A stretch of 64,000 nucleotides of DNA from Micrococcales bacterium (GCA_002748415.1 PDSI01000220.1:3851-67850), one strand, 5' to 3'; numbered from the stretch's first letter, positions 1 through 9,493 are shown. Program-made: numbers and translations. Notes: a model not told the origin generated them from the sequence alone.

Positions 1-115
1 TCAGTGTCCTTGGGGCACAGATCGAGATCTTCCGGGACTGAACACCGTCAACGGCCGGCCGTTGCGTCCATGCCCGCTGGTGGCCGTCCGGAACCACCGG
101 GTAGCCGCAACGGGT

Positions 116-1132
116 TCAGCCCGCGCGCATGTCGGACATCGGCCCGGCGGCCACTCCGTAGCGGGCGCGTCCGCTCAACTGGGTCCACGCCGTCGCCACC
201 GGACCGGCCAGGCTGATCGACCGGTGACGGACGTAGCCGTCCAGCCCCTGCACGAACAAGGTGGCGTCCTGGGGACTGGTGGCCACGACCGAGGTGAGCC
301 CGGCGGCGACACCCGGAACAGAGTAGGTGGTGTATGCGTCCTGCTCGGCGTCGCCGGTGACCACCAGGATGGAATCGCCACTGTTGCAGGCCATGAACCA
401 CGTGTGCTCAGTCATCGCCGATGCCGGATGCCCGTCGCACCGGTAGCCGAGCTTGAACCAGTTCAGATCAGCGGCGGTGCGGAAGTAGGTGTTTGCCTCG
501 ATACGTTGCCCGGTCTCGGTGTTGGTGAGCCGGTACGGTCCGCCGACTGCCACGAACACCTCGGACTCCTCGCTCGTGGCCACTTGAAGCGAACTGACCC
601 GACCACCAAGGGATCTCAACCGCGACGGGGCCGGATGGGGGGTGGTGCCGTCGAAGCTGAACCACCGGGCGCTGCCGTCCGGGGCGATGCAGGAGACGAC
701 CACGGTGCGACGCCGTACCGCGGCGGTCGGACGGTCGCACCGCCCTCCGGCCGGGCTGAAGGCACGCCACCCGGTGTGGCTGGTGCGGTGGACCAGCGCC
801 CCGAAGGTGTTCACACCGATCTGATGGGTCAGCCCGTTGACCCTGGCCACGGCGGGTGCGGAGACCAGGATTCCGCCGCGCCTGGTCCAGCTGGCGTCCC
901 CGCCCGCCCGCACATAGCCGGCACCGTCGCTGCCGGTCACGGCCAGGACGGCACCTGCCGGAGCCGGGTTACCTTGCGCGGCGACGCGCGCCGTGTCCGG
1001 GTTGCTGGCTTCGGCGGGTCGTGCGGCGAGGGCCGGCAGTACAGCCACCAGCATCGAGACGACGGCCGTGACCGCGGTGGTGCGCGCACCCGGCCGGCAG
1101 CGGGACGGGTGCGCTGGTTGACGATCGGACAT
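116..1132 (-). CDS. Secreted hypothetical protein (338 aa) with N-terminal signal/TM segment
   Basis: ORF starts MSDRQPAH, then a hydrophobic stretch AVTAVVSMLVAVLPALAARPAEA (signal-like). The rest is Gly/Thr/Val-rich and beta-like. The codon frame is consistent with a high-GC gene. No family recognised. Confidence 0.6.
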   Translation of the reverse strand: MSDRQPAHPSRCRPGARTTAVTAVVSMLVAVLPALAARPAEASNPDTARVAAQGNPAPAGAVLAVTGSDGAGYVRAGGDASWTRRGGILVSAPAVARVNGLTHQIGVNTFGALVHRTSHTGWRAFSPAGGRCDRPTAAVRRRTVVVSCIAPDGSARWFSFDGTTPHPAPSRLRSLGGRVSSLQVATSEESEVFVAVGGPYRLTNTETGQRIEANTYFRTAADLNWFKLGYRCDGHPASAMTEHTWFMACNSGDSILVVTGDAEQDAYTTYSVPGVAAGLTSVVATSPQDATLFVQGLDGYVRHRSISLAGPVATAWTQLSGRARYGVAAGPMSDMRAG

Positions 1133-1223
1133 GAGTGTCCTTTGCGGTTGGCAGCGGCTTCGAGCCTGCTATCGGTTCAGGATTCGCCGGAGTTGAGCCG
1201 TTTTCGCCTGTTGTGACCCGGTT

Positions 1224-2756
1224 GTGATCGCACCGCGGACCACCGGTACGGGTCAGCCGACGACGTTCCGCCCTGCACTGGCCTCACGCTCAGTAGCCGC
1301 GGCGTGCTCTGCTGGGTGCGCCCGGGTTGAACAGCTCTACCGGTTTTGGCCCGCTACCGATACCTACGACGTGTCTGATCCGCCAGCTCAGGACCCGGTG
1401 CGGCCGGCCGCACCGGCCGACGCCGAAACCGGCAGCTGGCCGACCCCACGCAGCCCGATCACCGAAATCCTGGGGCGGCTATCGGTTCCGCGCCGGATCG
1501 TCGACGTGCTGGATGAATGGCGAGTCCCGCAGCAGTGCGCCACCGAGCGTCAACGGGCGTGGATCGTCGAGCTCATTCTGCTGATCAATGGCCTGGCCTG
1601 CCTGATCATGGTTCCGGTCAGCCTCGCGGTACTCAGCGGGCAGTCCGCAGCCTTGTTCGCCGGGGGCGCCGTCGTCCTTGGCATTGCCCACATGGTGGTG
1701 ATGCGTGGGTACGCCCGGCTGGTGGTGAACGTGCTTGCCTGGGCTGTTCTGGCGAAGGCGGCCATCACCGTGGCCATCGGATCCTTCGACGAGTGGTTGC
1801 TACCGTCCATCTGCATCGCGACGATGGTGATCGCGCTGGTCGACACGTTACGCCGGACCGTCATCATCGGCCTGGCCGCCATCGGTCTGCTGATCCCCGG
1901 TCCGGTGTTGAGTGGGGATCCGGAGTTGATCAGCGAACTGGCGCGGCACCTGGCCCCGGCGATCGTGATCGTGCTGCTCGCTTGGCTGACGAGCTTCGTC
2001 TCGCACCGGGTCGAGGACGACCGGCGCCAGTGGATCGCGCGCCAGCAGCACTTGCAGGCTGCGCTGGCTGCTGCCAACGAGGAACTGGAGGCGCGGGTCC
2101 GCGAACGCACCCTGGAGCTGCGTCGGCACAGCAGGCGGATGGAGGAACTGAGCATCCGCGATGAGCTGACCGGCCTGTACAACCGCAGGCATCTCATCGG
2201 CAGCCTGCAGGATCCGGCCGTCTGCGCGCCGCCGGCGGCGATGCTGATGCTGGACATCGACCATTTCAAACAGGTCAACGACACCTGCGGGCATCACGTG
2301 GGCGACGTGGTGTTGCGCCGGGTGGCGCAGATCATGAAGCGGCATGTGCGAGACGCGGACCTCCTGGCCAGGTTCGGCGGCGAAGAGTTCGCGGTCCTGC
2401 TGCCTGGCGGGGATGTCGCTGCCGGACTGCTGCTCGGCGAGCGGCTGCGAGCAGCGGTGCAGGCCATCCCGTGGCGGGACATCCCGGTCCCCGGCGCAGT
2501 GGTGACCGTCAGTGTCGGGGTGGCCGCGCTGACCACTGGCTCCCGCCACGATCACAGCTGGCTCATGCACGAGGCCGACATGGCGCTCTACGACTCGAAG
2601 AATGCCGGCCGCAACCGGGTGACCGCCGCCGTACCCGCAGCCGACGGCCCGGCGGGCGAGGCGGCCGCGGACCCGCAACGGGGCGGCGCGTCCGTCGGCA
2701 TGGGCGGCACTCCACCTCGGCAGCGAACCCCGGAACGGCTGCCGGGCGCCGGCTGA
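1224..2756 (+). CDS. Membrane-anchored diguanylate cyclase (GGDEF domain)
   Basis: Several hydrophobic helices in the N-terminal half, then a coiled-coil region. GGDEF signature: DELTGLYNRRHL, LDIDHFKQVNDTCGHHVGD, RFGGEEFAVLLPG. An RDAD motif lies 5 residues before GGEEF (I-site RxxD). The exact start is uncertain (GTG at 1224). Confidence 0.85.
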   Translation: MIAPRTTGTGQPTTFRPALASRSVAAACSAGCARVEQLYRFWPATDTYDVSDPPAQDPVRPAAPADAETGSWPTPRSPITEILGRLSVPRRIVDVLDEWRVPQQCATERQRAWIVELILLINGLACLIMVPVSLAVLSGQSAALFAGGAVVLGIAHMVVMRGYARLVVNVLAWAVLAKAAITVAIGSFDEWLLPSICIATMVIALVDTLRRTVIIGLAAIGLLIPGPVLSGDPELISELARHLAPAIVIVLLAWLTSFVSHRVEDDRRQWIARQQHLQAALAAANEELEARVRERTLELRRHSRRMEELSIRDELTGLYNRRHLIGSLQDPAVCAPPAAMLMLDIDHFKQVNDTCGHHVGDVVLRRVAQIMKRHVRDADLLARFGGEEFAVLLPGGDVAAGLLLGERLRAAVQAIPWRDIPVPGAVVTVSVGVAALTTGSRHDHSWLMHEADMALYDSKNAGRNRVTAAVPAADGPAGEAAADPQRGGASVGMGGTPPRQRTPERLPGAG

Positions 2757-2776
2757 GGGGCCTCTACCCTGGTGGG

Positions 2777-3490
2777 GTGAACCAGCCTGCACACGTCTGC
2801 GCGATCATCCCGGCCTACAACGAGGCCGACCGGGTCGGCGCCACCGTGACTGCCGTGGCGGGCATCGCCGCGGTGCGCGAAGTCATCGTGATCGACGACG
2901 GCAGTAGCGACCACACTGCGCAGGCCGCGCTGTCAGCCGGGGCGCGGGTGATTCGGCACCGGCGAAATCACGGCAAGGCGGCCGCGCTGACCACCGGCGC
3001 TGTCGCGGCTACGGGGCCACTGCTGTTGTTCGCCGACGCGGATCTGGGCGAGACCGCCGCCGCGACCGAACCGCTCCTCGGTCCGGTGGTGGCCGGATCC
3101 GCTGACATGAGCATCGCCCTGCTGCCAGCCCAGCAGACTCCCGGCGGGGGTCGTGGCCGGGTCGTGCGTACGGCCAGGGCCGGCATCGAGGCGGCCACCG
3201 GTTGGCGGGCCACCCAACCGTTGAGCGGGATGCGCTGCCTGCGCCGGGACGCGCTGGCCGATGCGTTGCCGCTCGCCCCCGGCTGGGGTGTCGAGACCGC
3301 GTTGACCATCGACTTGCTGCGGGCCGGGCGAACCGTACGGGAAGTCCCGTGCCAGCTACAGCACCGGGTCAGCCCGGACACCCTGGCCGGGGCCCGGCAC
3401 CGGGCTGCCCAGCTGCGTGACGTGGTGGCGGCGCTGGCGGCGCGCGGGGTCGCCCGGCAGGCGGTCGCCAGCGCGACTACCGGGCGATGA
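2777..3490 (+). CDS. Family 2 glycosyltransferase (polyprenyl-phosphate sugar synthase-like)
   Basis: CAIIPAYNEADRVGATV...VIVIDDGSSDHT...RHRRNHGKAAAL...FADADL is a typical GT2/GT-A N-terminus with a DxD-type motif. I chose the in-frame GTG at 2777. The longer ORF from 2471 is Arg/Pro-rich and overlaps the cyclase gene. Confidence 0.8.
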   Translation: MNQPAHVCAIIPAYNEADRVGATVTAVAGIAAVREVIVIDDGSSDHTAQAALSAGARVIRHRRNHGKAAALTTGAVAATGPLLLFADADLGETAAATEPLLGPVVAGSADMSIALLPAQQTPGGGRGRVVRTARAGIEAATGWRATQPLSGMRCLRRDALADALPLAPGWGVETALTIDLLRAGRTVREVPCQLQHRVSPDTLAGARHRAAQLRDVVAALAARGVARQAVASATTGR

Positions 3491-5001
3491 GCCGCAGCCC
3501 AACCGCTGCCTGGGCGTGGCTGGTCGGCGCGTCGTTGACGCTGCTGGCCGGTGTCGGTCTGGCCGGCGAATCGGCCGCCGCACCGGCGCCGGGCGGGTCC
3601 GGCTGGTGGGGCTTCGACCTGCGGCCGTCCTCCGCACTGGTCACCGGTTTACTGTGGGCTGGCTACCTTCTCGGCGGAGCCGGGCTGATCGTCGGGCTGC
3701 GGTCGGTTCGGCAGCTGCCCCGATGGCCGGTGGCCGGTGCAGCCCTGGCCGTGGCCGGCGCCGGGCTGATCGTGGCCCCCTTCGGCTCCGCCGACCACTT
3801 GTCCTATGCGGCGTACGGGCGGATCAAGGCACTCGGCGGGGACCCCTACACCCAGGCGCCGCAAACCTGGCCCGGGGGGACGGACCCGGTGCTGGCCGCG
3901 GCCCAGCCGCCGTGGGCGGACACCGTCAGCGTCTACGGCCCGGTCGGTACCGCGCTGCACACCCTGGCCTCCGCCGCCGGCGGCGACAGCGTCCGGGGCA
4001 CGGTGTGGTGGTGGCAGCTGGTGTGTGCCGGCTGCTACCTGCTGGTGGCTGTGCTGGCACACCGGATGGCGGCCGGCAGCATCGAGCGGTCCCGCGTCGT
4101 GGTCGCCTGGACGTTGAACCCGCTGGTGATCGGGGTAGGACTGTTCGGCGCCCATATCGACTTGGTCGCTGTTGCCTTCGTGCTGCTCGCCGCGTGGGCG
4201 TCGGTGCGCCACCCGGCGGTGGCCGGTGCGGCGGCTGCCGCCGCCCTGAGCACCAAGCTGCCCTACGGGGTGGCCGGGCTGGGCCTGCTGCTGGCGTTGC
4301 GGGTGCACACCGGTTCCCGGTGGCGGGCCTTCGGCTGGGGAACCGCCGGGGCCCTGGCGGTGCTGCTTCCCGCGCACCTGTGGACCGGCCTGCACACCTA
4401 CGACCAGACCCTGACCGCAACCGGCTACACCTCATTGGCCAGCCCGTGGCGCTCGGTGGTGAACCTGGCGACCCTGCTGCAGGACGCCTACGGGGTGCAC
4501 CTACCGGTGGCCGCGCAGGCCAGATCGTTCGTGCTGGCGCTGGCGCCGGTGCTCATGGTGCTGGCCGCGGCGGCGCTCTGGCTGCTGACCAGCGCCCGAG
4601 CGTCTGGGATGCCCGCTCGCACGGTGCACGCCGACCAGGGCATCGTGCTGCGTACCGTCCTGGTTGCCGGGGGCGGCTGGGTGCTGGCTACCCCGTACGT
4701 CCTGCCCTGGTACGACCTGATGCTGTGGGGGCCGTTGGCGGTGCTGACCTTCGCCCCCGTCGCCGGTTCGGCTCAGCTGTGGCTCGCGGCCAGGTGCACC
4801 GTCCTGTGCCTGGCCTACGTGCCGGGTCGGGTGGAGGGCATGTCCGCGGAGGTGGAGCGGGTCAGCCTGGCCGTCCGGGCCGTCGTGGCGCCGGCGGTGT
4901 TGCTGGTGACGGGCGTCGCGCTGCTGGTCCTGGCCGCGCGCTCGTTGAGCGCTCGACGAGCCTCGAGATCAGCGCGGGAAGCAGCACCAGCCCCCCCGTG
5001 A
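3487..5001 (+). CDS. Polytopic membrane protein, GT-C type (MptB/DUF2029-like) putative polyprenyl-phosphate-dependent glycosyltransferase
   Basis: The start ATG overlaps the GT2 stop (ATGA at 3487-3490). There are more than 10 hydrophobic segments. The loop motif DHLSYAAYGRIKALGGDPY...VSVYGPVG resembles mycobacterial membrane mannosyltransferase families. Family assignment is from memory only. Confidence 0.65.
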   Translation: MSRSPTAAWAWLVGASLTLLAGVGLAGESAAAPAPGGSGWWGFDLRPSSALVTGLLWAGYLLGGAGLIVGLRSVRQLPRWPVAGAALAVAGAGLIVAPFGSADHLSYAAYGRIKALGGDPYTQAPQTWPGGTDPVLAAAQPPWADTVSVYGPVGTALHTLASAAGGDSVRGTVWWWQLVCAGCYLLVAVLAHRMAAGSIERSRVVVAWTLNPLVIGVGLFGAHIDLVAVAFVLLAAWASVRHPAVAGAAAAAALSTKLPYGVAGLGLLLALRVHTGSRWRAFGWGTAGALAVLLPAHLWTGLHTYDQTLTATGYTSLASPWRSVVNLATLLQDAYGVHLPVAAQARSFVLALAPVLMVLAAAALWLLTSARASGMPARTVHADQGIVLRTVLVAGGGWVLATPYVLPWYDLMLWGPLAVLTFAPVAGSAQLWLAARCTVLCLAYVPGRVEGMSAEVERVSLAVRAVVAPAVLLVTGVALLVLAARSLSARRASRSAREAAPAPP

Positions 5002-7129
5002 CCGCTACGACGACGCCGGAATCGTTGACCAGGCTGGCGATACCCATGCACACTACCCAGGCCAGCCCCAGGTGGGCCAGTGCCGGGGTGGCCGAATAGG
5101 CTTGGGCCAGTGGGGCGGCGGCCCGCCGCAGCGGGGTTCGGTGCAGGTGGGCCGGAATCGTCAACAACGCGGCCACCAGCAGCGCTACCGGGGGGATCAA
5201 CAGGTTCAGCGGCGATACGGTCAACAGCTCCCAGTTGGTGCTGAGCTTGCGCACGATCACCGGCCACAACCCCCCGTCCAGCGTCGTCTGTACCACCCGG
5301 CCGAGATGGGTGCGCTGAGCCGGCGGCCGCAACCAGTCCAGTATCGCCACCAGTATCGTGAAACCCGCTGTGCCGGCGGCGATCATCGCCCACCGGGAGA
5401 CGTTCAACCGGAACCGGCCGAAGCGCATCGCGAGCACGGCGACGGCCGGGACGAGGGCCAGCGGGCCACCGAAGTCGCTGCCCCAGCCGGGCGCCGCATC
5501 GACGATCACGGCAAGCACACCGACTGCGGCGACGGCCGCAGCGGCCTGCCGGGCGGGCAGCCGCTGCCCGGCTACGGTGCCCAGCATGAGCGTGCCGGTG
5601 GCGAATATCGCGAACGCGGGGTTGCCCAGCCCGTAGAACCGGCCGCCCAGTAGCGGCTGCACCCCGATCAGACTGGACAGTTGCAGCCTGGACCCGCTGA
5701 TCAGGTCGAGCCCGATCACGGCCACGGTCAACATGCCGGCCGGGCCGACCCAGCCGAGACCACCCATCCAGCCGAGTTTGCCGATCCAGCCGAACTTGCC
5801 GATCGAGCCGAGTTTGCCGGACCGGTCCGCCCAGGCCGCCCGGAGCAGGACCCAGCCCAGACCACCCAGCACCCCCGTCGCCACGGCCAGCGCCAGCAAC
5901 GCACCGGCGACCGGCGGCATCCGCCACCACGGCACCAGGTTGGCGGCGAACGTGCCGGCCGGCACCAGCGCCAGCACCCCCAGCGCCGAGGCCGTCCAGC
6001 GCGGCCGGGACCCCCGGACAGCCCACCAGCCCAGCATCAGCAACGCGGGCCCGTAGATCACGGCCACGACCGGAGCGACCACCCACGTGGTCGCGTGGGC
6101 CGCGGCGCCGGTGTCGCGCAGCTGCCGCAGCCGCCGGGCCGGATCGTCGGTGGCCGGATCCGCGGTCAGCGGTGAGCCGGCCAGTGCAGCAGGCACCTGG
6201 GCTCCGGCCGAGCCTAGAACGGTGACGGTGAGATCCGGCGTCTGGGCCAGCCCCGGTTGCCGGGTGGCGGCGCTGCTCAGCGCCGCCGGGCCGTCGTTGC
6301 CCGGCCCGGTACGGGCCAGCACCCCCAACCGGGCGTCGACGGTCCGTCGACTGGCCGGGGTGCTGGTTGCCCCGCCGAGGGAGGCGACGATGACATCGGC
6401 GTCGGCCGGCAACGCTGCCAGCACCTCACCCAGCCGGGCGTCGACCTGCCCGTCGGCACCGAGATCGATCACCAGCACCCCGCCGCCCGCCAGACGCCGC
6501 GCGGCGGCACCGGTCTGCGCACCGATGTCGTGACCGGCCGCGGTCCACGGTCCGGCCGGGGTACCGTCCTCGCGGCTGATCGCCAACCGGGCCCCCGGGC
6601 CGATCCCGGCCACCGGAATACCGGCAGCAGACGTCAGGGTCCCGAGGGCGCCTGGGGTGGCGTCGTAGCGAGACTGCTGGGCAGCTTGCCGATAACCCGA
6701 CCAGGTGCGGGCCCAGGCCGGGACACCGGGCTCGCCGGCCCGCCCGGCCAGCAGCGGTGGGCACGCGGTGGCGCCGGGAGCTCGTGGCGCGGAGACCCTG
6801 GCCCCGGCCGACACCGTCAACCAACCGTCTACCGGGCAGGTGACCGCGTACTCGGCCCGGCGCACGAGTGAGCCGGTGGCATCGGCCAGCAGGCCGTACA
6901 ACGCCGGCGTGCGATCCTGGTCCACCTCGCTCCAGGACGCGTCGGCGATGCCGATCAGCACCACCAGTGGCTGATCGGCCGCTGGTGCCGTGGCTGACGC
7001 GGGGGCGAGGAGTATCCCGAGCATCGCGAGGACCGCCACGACCGGCGCAACACCGCGTCGAAACCGCAGAAACCTGGCCCGCACCGCCCCAGCGTACGGG
7101 AGCCTGTCGGTGTGGACCGTACACTGCAT
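4862..7129 (-). CDS. Large membrane protein: signal/TM, exported domain of about 330 aa, then about 10 TM helices; function unknown
   Basis: Start MQCTVHTDRL (ATG complement at 7127-7129). Hydrophobic VAPVVAVLAMLGILLAPASA, then an exported domain beginning LVVLIGIADASWSEV (reminiscent of alkaline-phosphatase-superfamily N-termini; weak). Then a multi-TM region. The ORF-track entry 4862..8230 extends further, but that part is antisense to the next gene. Confidence 0.7.
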   Translation of the reverse strand: MQCTVHTDRLPYAGAVRARFLRFRRGVAPVVAVLAMLGILLAPASATAPAADQPLVVLIGIADASWSEVDQDRTPALYGLLADATGSLVRRAEYAVTCPVDGWLTVSAGARVSAPRAPGATACPPLLAGRAGEPGVPAWARTWSGYRQAAQQSRYDATPGALGTLTSAAGIPVAGIGPGARLAISREDGTPAGPWTAAGHDIGAQTGAAARRLAGGGVLVIDLGADGQVDARLGEVLAALPADADVIVASLGGATSTPASRRTVDARLGVLARTGPGNDGPAALSSAATRQPGLAQTPDLTVTVLGSAGAQVPAALAGSPLTADPATDDPARRLRQLRDTGAAAHATTWVVAPVVAVIYGPALLMLGWWAVRGSRPRWTASALGVLALVPAGTFAANLVPWWRMPPVAGALLALAVATGVLGGLGWVLLRAAWADRSGKLGSIGKFGWIGKLGWMGGLGWVGPAGMLTVAVIGLDLISGSRLQLSSLIGVQPLLGGRFYGLGNPAFAIFATGTLMLGTVAGQRLPARQAAAAVAAVGVLAVIVDAAPGWGSDFGGPLALVPAVAVLAMRFGRFRLNVSRWAMIAAGTAGFTILVAILDWLRPPAQRTHLGRVVQTTLDGGLWPVIVRKLSTNWELLTVSPLNLLIPPVALLVAALLTIPAHLHRTPLRRAAAPLAQAYSATPALAHLGLAWVVCMGIASLVNDSGVVVAVTGGLVLLPALISRLVERSTSARPGPAARRPSPATPPAPRRPGRPG
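5755..5826 (-). repeat. Four tandem 18-bp coding repeats inside the membrane protein (hexapeptide G-K/G-L/F-G-W/S-I/M/V)
   Basis: The plus strand reads gacccagccgagaccacc / catccagccgagtttgcc / gatccagccgaacttgcc / gatcgagccgagtttgcc. The translated region is GKLGSIGKFGWIGKLGWMGGLGWVG. Confidence 0.85.
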
Positions 7130-7156
7130 CTCACAGCGCTCAAGAAAGGTGACCGA

Positions 7157-8464
7157 GTGAAAGCAGTGCACACCAGGCCTACGTACCGATACATCGGATT
7201 GGCCGTCCTGCTTATCTCCGCCTTGGCCACCGTCTATGTGCGGGTGCTGTCCCAACCCAGGGTATACGTGCTGGTGGATCTGGTCGTCTACCGGGAGGGA
7301 GCGCAGAGCCTGGGGATGGGCCGGCCCCTCTACGATCACATGACACTGCAGAACAACCTGCCGTTCACCTACCCGCCGTTGTCCGCCTGGTTGGCGTTCC
7401 CGTTCGGCATGGTCCCGTTCCCGGTGGCCGCCGCGTTGTGGACCATCCTTCAGGTCTGGGCGGTGTACGGGGCAGCCCACCTGGCGATGCGGGTACCCAT
7501 GGTCGCCGTCCGGCAGCGGCTGGGCGCCAAAGCAGACGGCGTTCCGTACCTCGCCGCGGCCGCGATGCTGTGGATGGAACCTCTGCACGACGGCGTCTAC
7601 TTCGGGCAGGTGAACGCGTTCATCGTCGTGGCGGCCATGGCGGACCTGAGCCTGCGGCACATGCGCTGGCCGCGTGGGGCGCTGACCGGGCTGGTGACCG
7701 CGGTGAAACTGACCCCTGGCGTGTTCTGGATCCACTACGCGGTCAGCGGCCAGTGGCGGCTGCTGGTCAACTCGATCGCCACCGCCGCCGGGCTGACCAT
7801 CCTGGTGGCGGTGGCCGACCTGCGCACCTCGCTGGACTTCTGGTTCGGCGCGATCCGGCAGCCGGAACGACTGGGGGAGAACGTCAACACCTCCAACCAG
7901 TCGATCCGCGGCATGCTGATGCGCCTGGGAGAGACCCACAACATCCCGGAGTTCTACATCTCCGCGGCCTGGCTGGTGTGCGTGGTGCTGGTGGCGGTGC
8001 CCTCGTTCCTGCTGGCCAAGCGATTCCACGACCTGGGCGACCGGGCGGCGGAGGTCGGTGTGGTCGGCCTGATGGCCGTGCTGTTGTCTCCGGTGGCCTG
8101 GATCCACCACCTGCACTGGCTGGTGGTGCTGCTGCCCGCGGTCATCGGTGACGGGCGTCGGCGTCGGCGCTGGATCATCGCTGCGGCCTACCTGGGCTTG
8201 TTCATGTGGCGGATGCCGTGGACCGGCCACGGGATGCTGCTCTACCAGGACCTGCCACCGGCAGGCAACGCGGTGGCCATGGTGCTGCAGGACGGGTTCG
8301 GCCTATTGGCGCTCCTATTGCTGGTGATCCTGTGGCGGCTCAGCTACGACGGTCACCATCAGGGCGTGGTCCAGGTTCCGGGAGTGCGCCCCAGGCTGGA
8401 GGCGTCCCAGCGCCCGGCGGGTTCTTCGCCCAGCCTTCCGCGTGACTCCAGCGATACCCACTGA
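7157..8464 (+). CDS. GT87/DUF2029-family membrane glycosyltransferase (alpha-mannosyltransferase-like)
   Basis: VDLVVYREGAQSLGMGRPLYDHM...LPFTYPPLSAWLAFPF matches the conserved first-loop motif of the PimE/MptC-type family as I remember it, followed by many TM helices. I prefer GTG at 7157 (gaaagg upstream); the ORF opens at 7112. Confidence 0.8.
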   Translation: MKAVHTRPTYRYIGLAVLLISALATVYVRVLSQPRVYVLVDLVVYREGAQSLGMGRPLYDHMTLQNNLPFTYPPLSAWLAFPFGMVPFPVAAALWTILQVWAVYGAAHLAMRVPMVAVRQRLGAKADGVPYLAAAAMLWMEPLHDGVYFGQVNAFIVVAAMADLSLRHMRWPRGALTGLVTAVKLTPGVFWIHYAVSGQWRLLVNSIATAAGLTILVAVADLRTSLDFWFGAIRQPERLGENVNTSNQSIRGMLMRLGETHNIPEFYISAAWLVCVVLVAVPSFLLAKRFHDLGDRAAEVGVVGLMAVLLSPVAWIHHLHWLVVLLPAVIGDGRRRRRWIIAAAYLGLFMWRMPWTGHGMLLYQDLPPAGNAVAMVLQDGFGLLALLLLVILWRLSYDGHHQGVVQVPGVRPRLEASQRPAGSSPSLPRDSSDTH

Positions 8465-8541
8465 TTCCATCCGAGCAGGGGACTGCGGCGACCGCTGGCC
8501 TCGCGCGGGCCGGGTCTGCGGAAGCGGTAGCCTGCTGGGTT

Positions 8542-9483
8542 GTGATTTCTGTCGACGGGCCGCTGGGCTATCTGGGCCCGGCCGCTACTTTCACCGAGAC
8601 CGCGTTGCTGGCCGTTCCGGGCGCTCGCCAGCGAGAGCGGCGCCCCTACCCGACGGTCGATGCGGCCCTGGACGCCGTGCGCCGCGGCGAGGTCGCCGCA
8701 GCGATGGTGCCGTTGGAGAACTCCGTCGAGGGTGGGGTCAGCGCCACGATGGACGCGATGTCCGCCGGCAGTCAGCTCCGGGTGCGTCGTGAGGTGGTCG
8801 TGCCGGTGAACTTCGTGCTGGCCGCGCGTGCGGGAACTGCCCTGGCCGATGTGCGGCGCATCTCCACCCATGCCCACGCCTGGGCTCAGTGCCGCAAGTG
8901 GGTGGCGGCGAACCTCCCCGATGCTCAGCACGTGCCAGGCCTGTCAACCGCTGCGTCGGCCGCCGCCCTGGCCGCCGAGCAGGACGTCGGCTACGACGCG
9001 GCCATGTGCGCGCAGTTGGCGGCAGCCACCTACGGCCTCGATGTGCTGGCCCACGACGTCGCCGACAACCCCTACGCGCAGACCCGGTTCGTTCTTGTCG
9101 CGGGCCCGCACGTGCCGCCGCCGGCACCGACCGGGGCGGACAAAACCTCGCTGGTGCTGTTCCAGCGCGACGACTACGCCGGTGGCCTGTCCGATCTGCT
9201 GGGCCAGTTCGCCGGCCGGGGGATCAACCTGACCTGGATCCAGTCCCGGCCGATCCCCACCATGTTCGGGCGTTACTCGTTCGCCATCGACTGTGAAGGG
9301 CACATCGAAGACGCGCGGGTGGCCGATGCGATCCGCGGGGTGTACCGGTTGTGCAGCCAGGTGCGGTTCCTGGGCTCGTATCCGCGCGCCGACGGGGTGC
9401 CCAACCATGTGCGAAACGGCATGAGCGATGCCGACTTCGCCGCCGCCGAAGACTGGCTCCAAGCCCTGCTGGACCACTCATAG
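8542..9483 (+). CDS. pheA: Prephenate dehydratase
   Basis: LGYLGPAATFTETAL...PLENSVEGGV...STHAHAWAQCRKW, followed by a C-terminal ACT-like region (KTSLVLFQRDDYAGGLSDLLGQFAGRGINLTWIQSRP...YSFAIDCEGH). Confidence 0.9.
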   Translation: MISVDGPLGYLGPAATFTETALLAVPGARQRERRPYPTVDAALDAVRRGEVAAAMVPLENSVEGGVSATMDAMSAGSQLRVRREVVVPVNFVLAARAGTALADVRRISTHAHAWAQCRKWVAANLPDAQHVPGLSTAASAAALAAEQDVGYDAAMCAQLAAATYGLDVLAHDVADNPYAQTRFVLVAGPHVPPPAPTGADKTSLVLFQRDDYAGGLSDLLGQFAGRGINLTWIQSRPIPTMFGRYSFAIDCEGHIEDARVADAIRGVYRLCSQVRFLGSYPRADGVPNHVRNGMSDADFAAAEDWLQALLDHS

Positions 9484-9493
9484 GCGGGGCCGC

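Noticed and set aside
3417-5099. 560-aa alternative-frame plus-strand ORF
   Set aside because: It is Arg/Gly/Pro-dominated. The overlapping frame 3487..5001 gives a coherent multi-TM protein with an ATGA coupling to the GT2 gene.
7130-8230. N-terminal 367 aa of the 1122-aa ORF 4862..8230 (minus)
   Set aside because: This part is antisense to the well-supported GT87/DUF2029 gene. It is His/Arg/Pro/Gly/Gln-rich with no hydrophobic pattern. The membrane protein has a sensible start (MQCTVHTD) and a signal-like segment at 7129.
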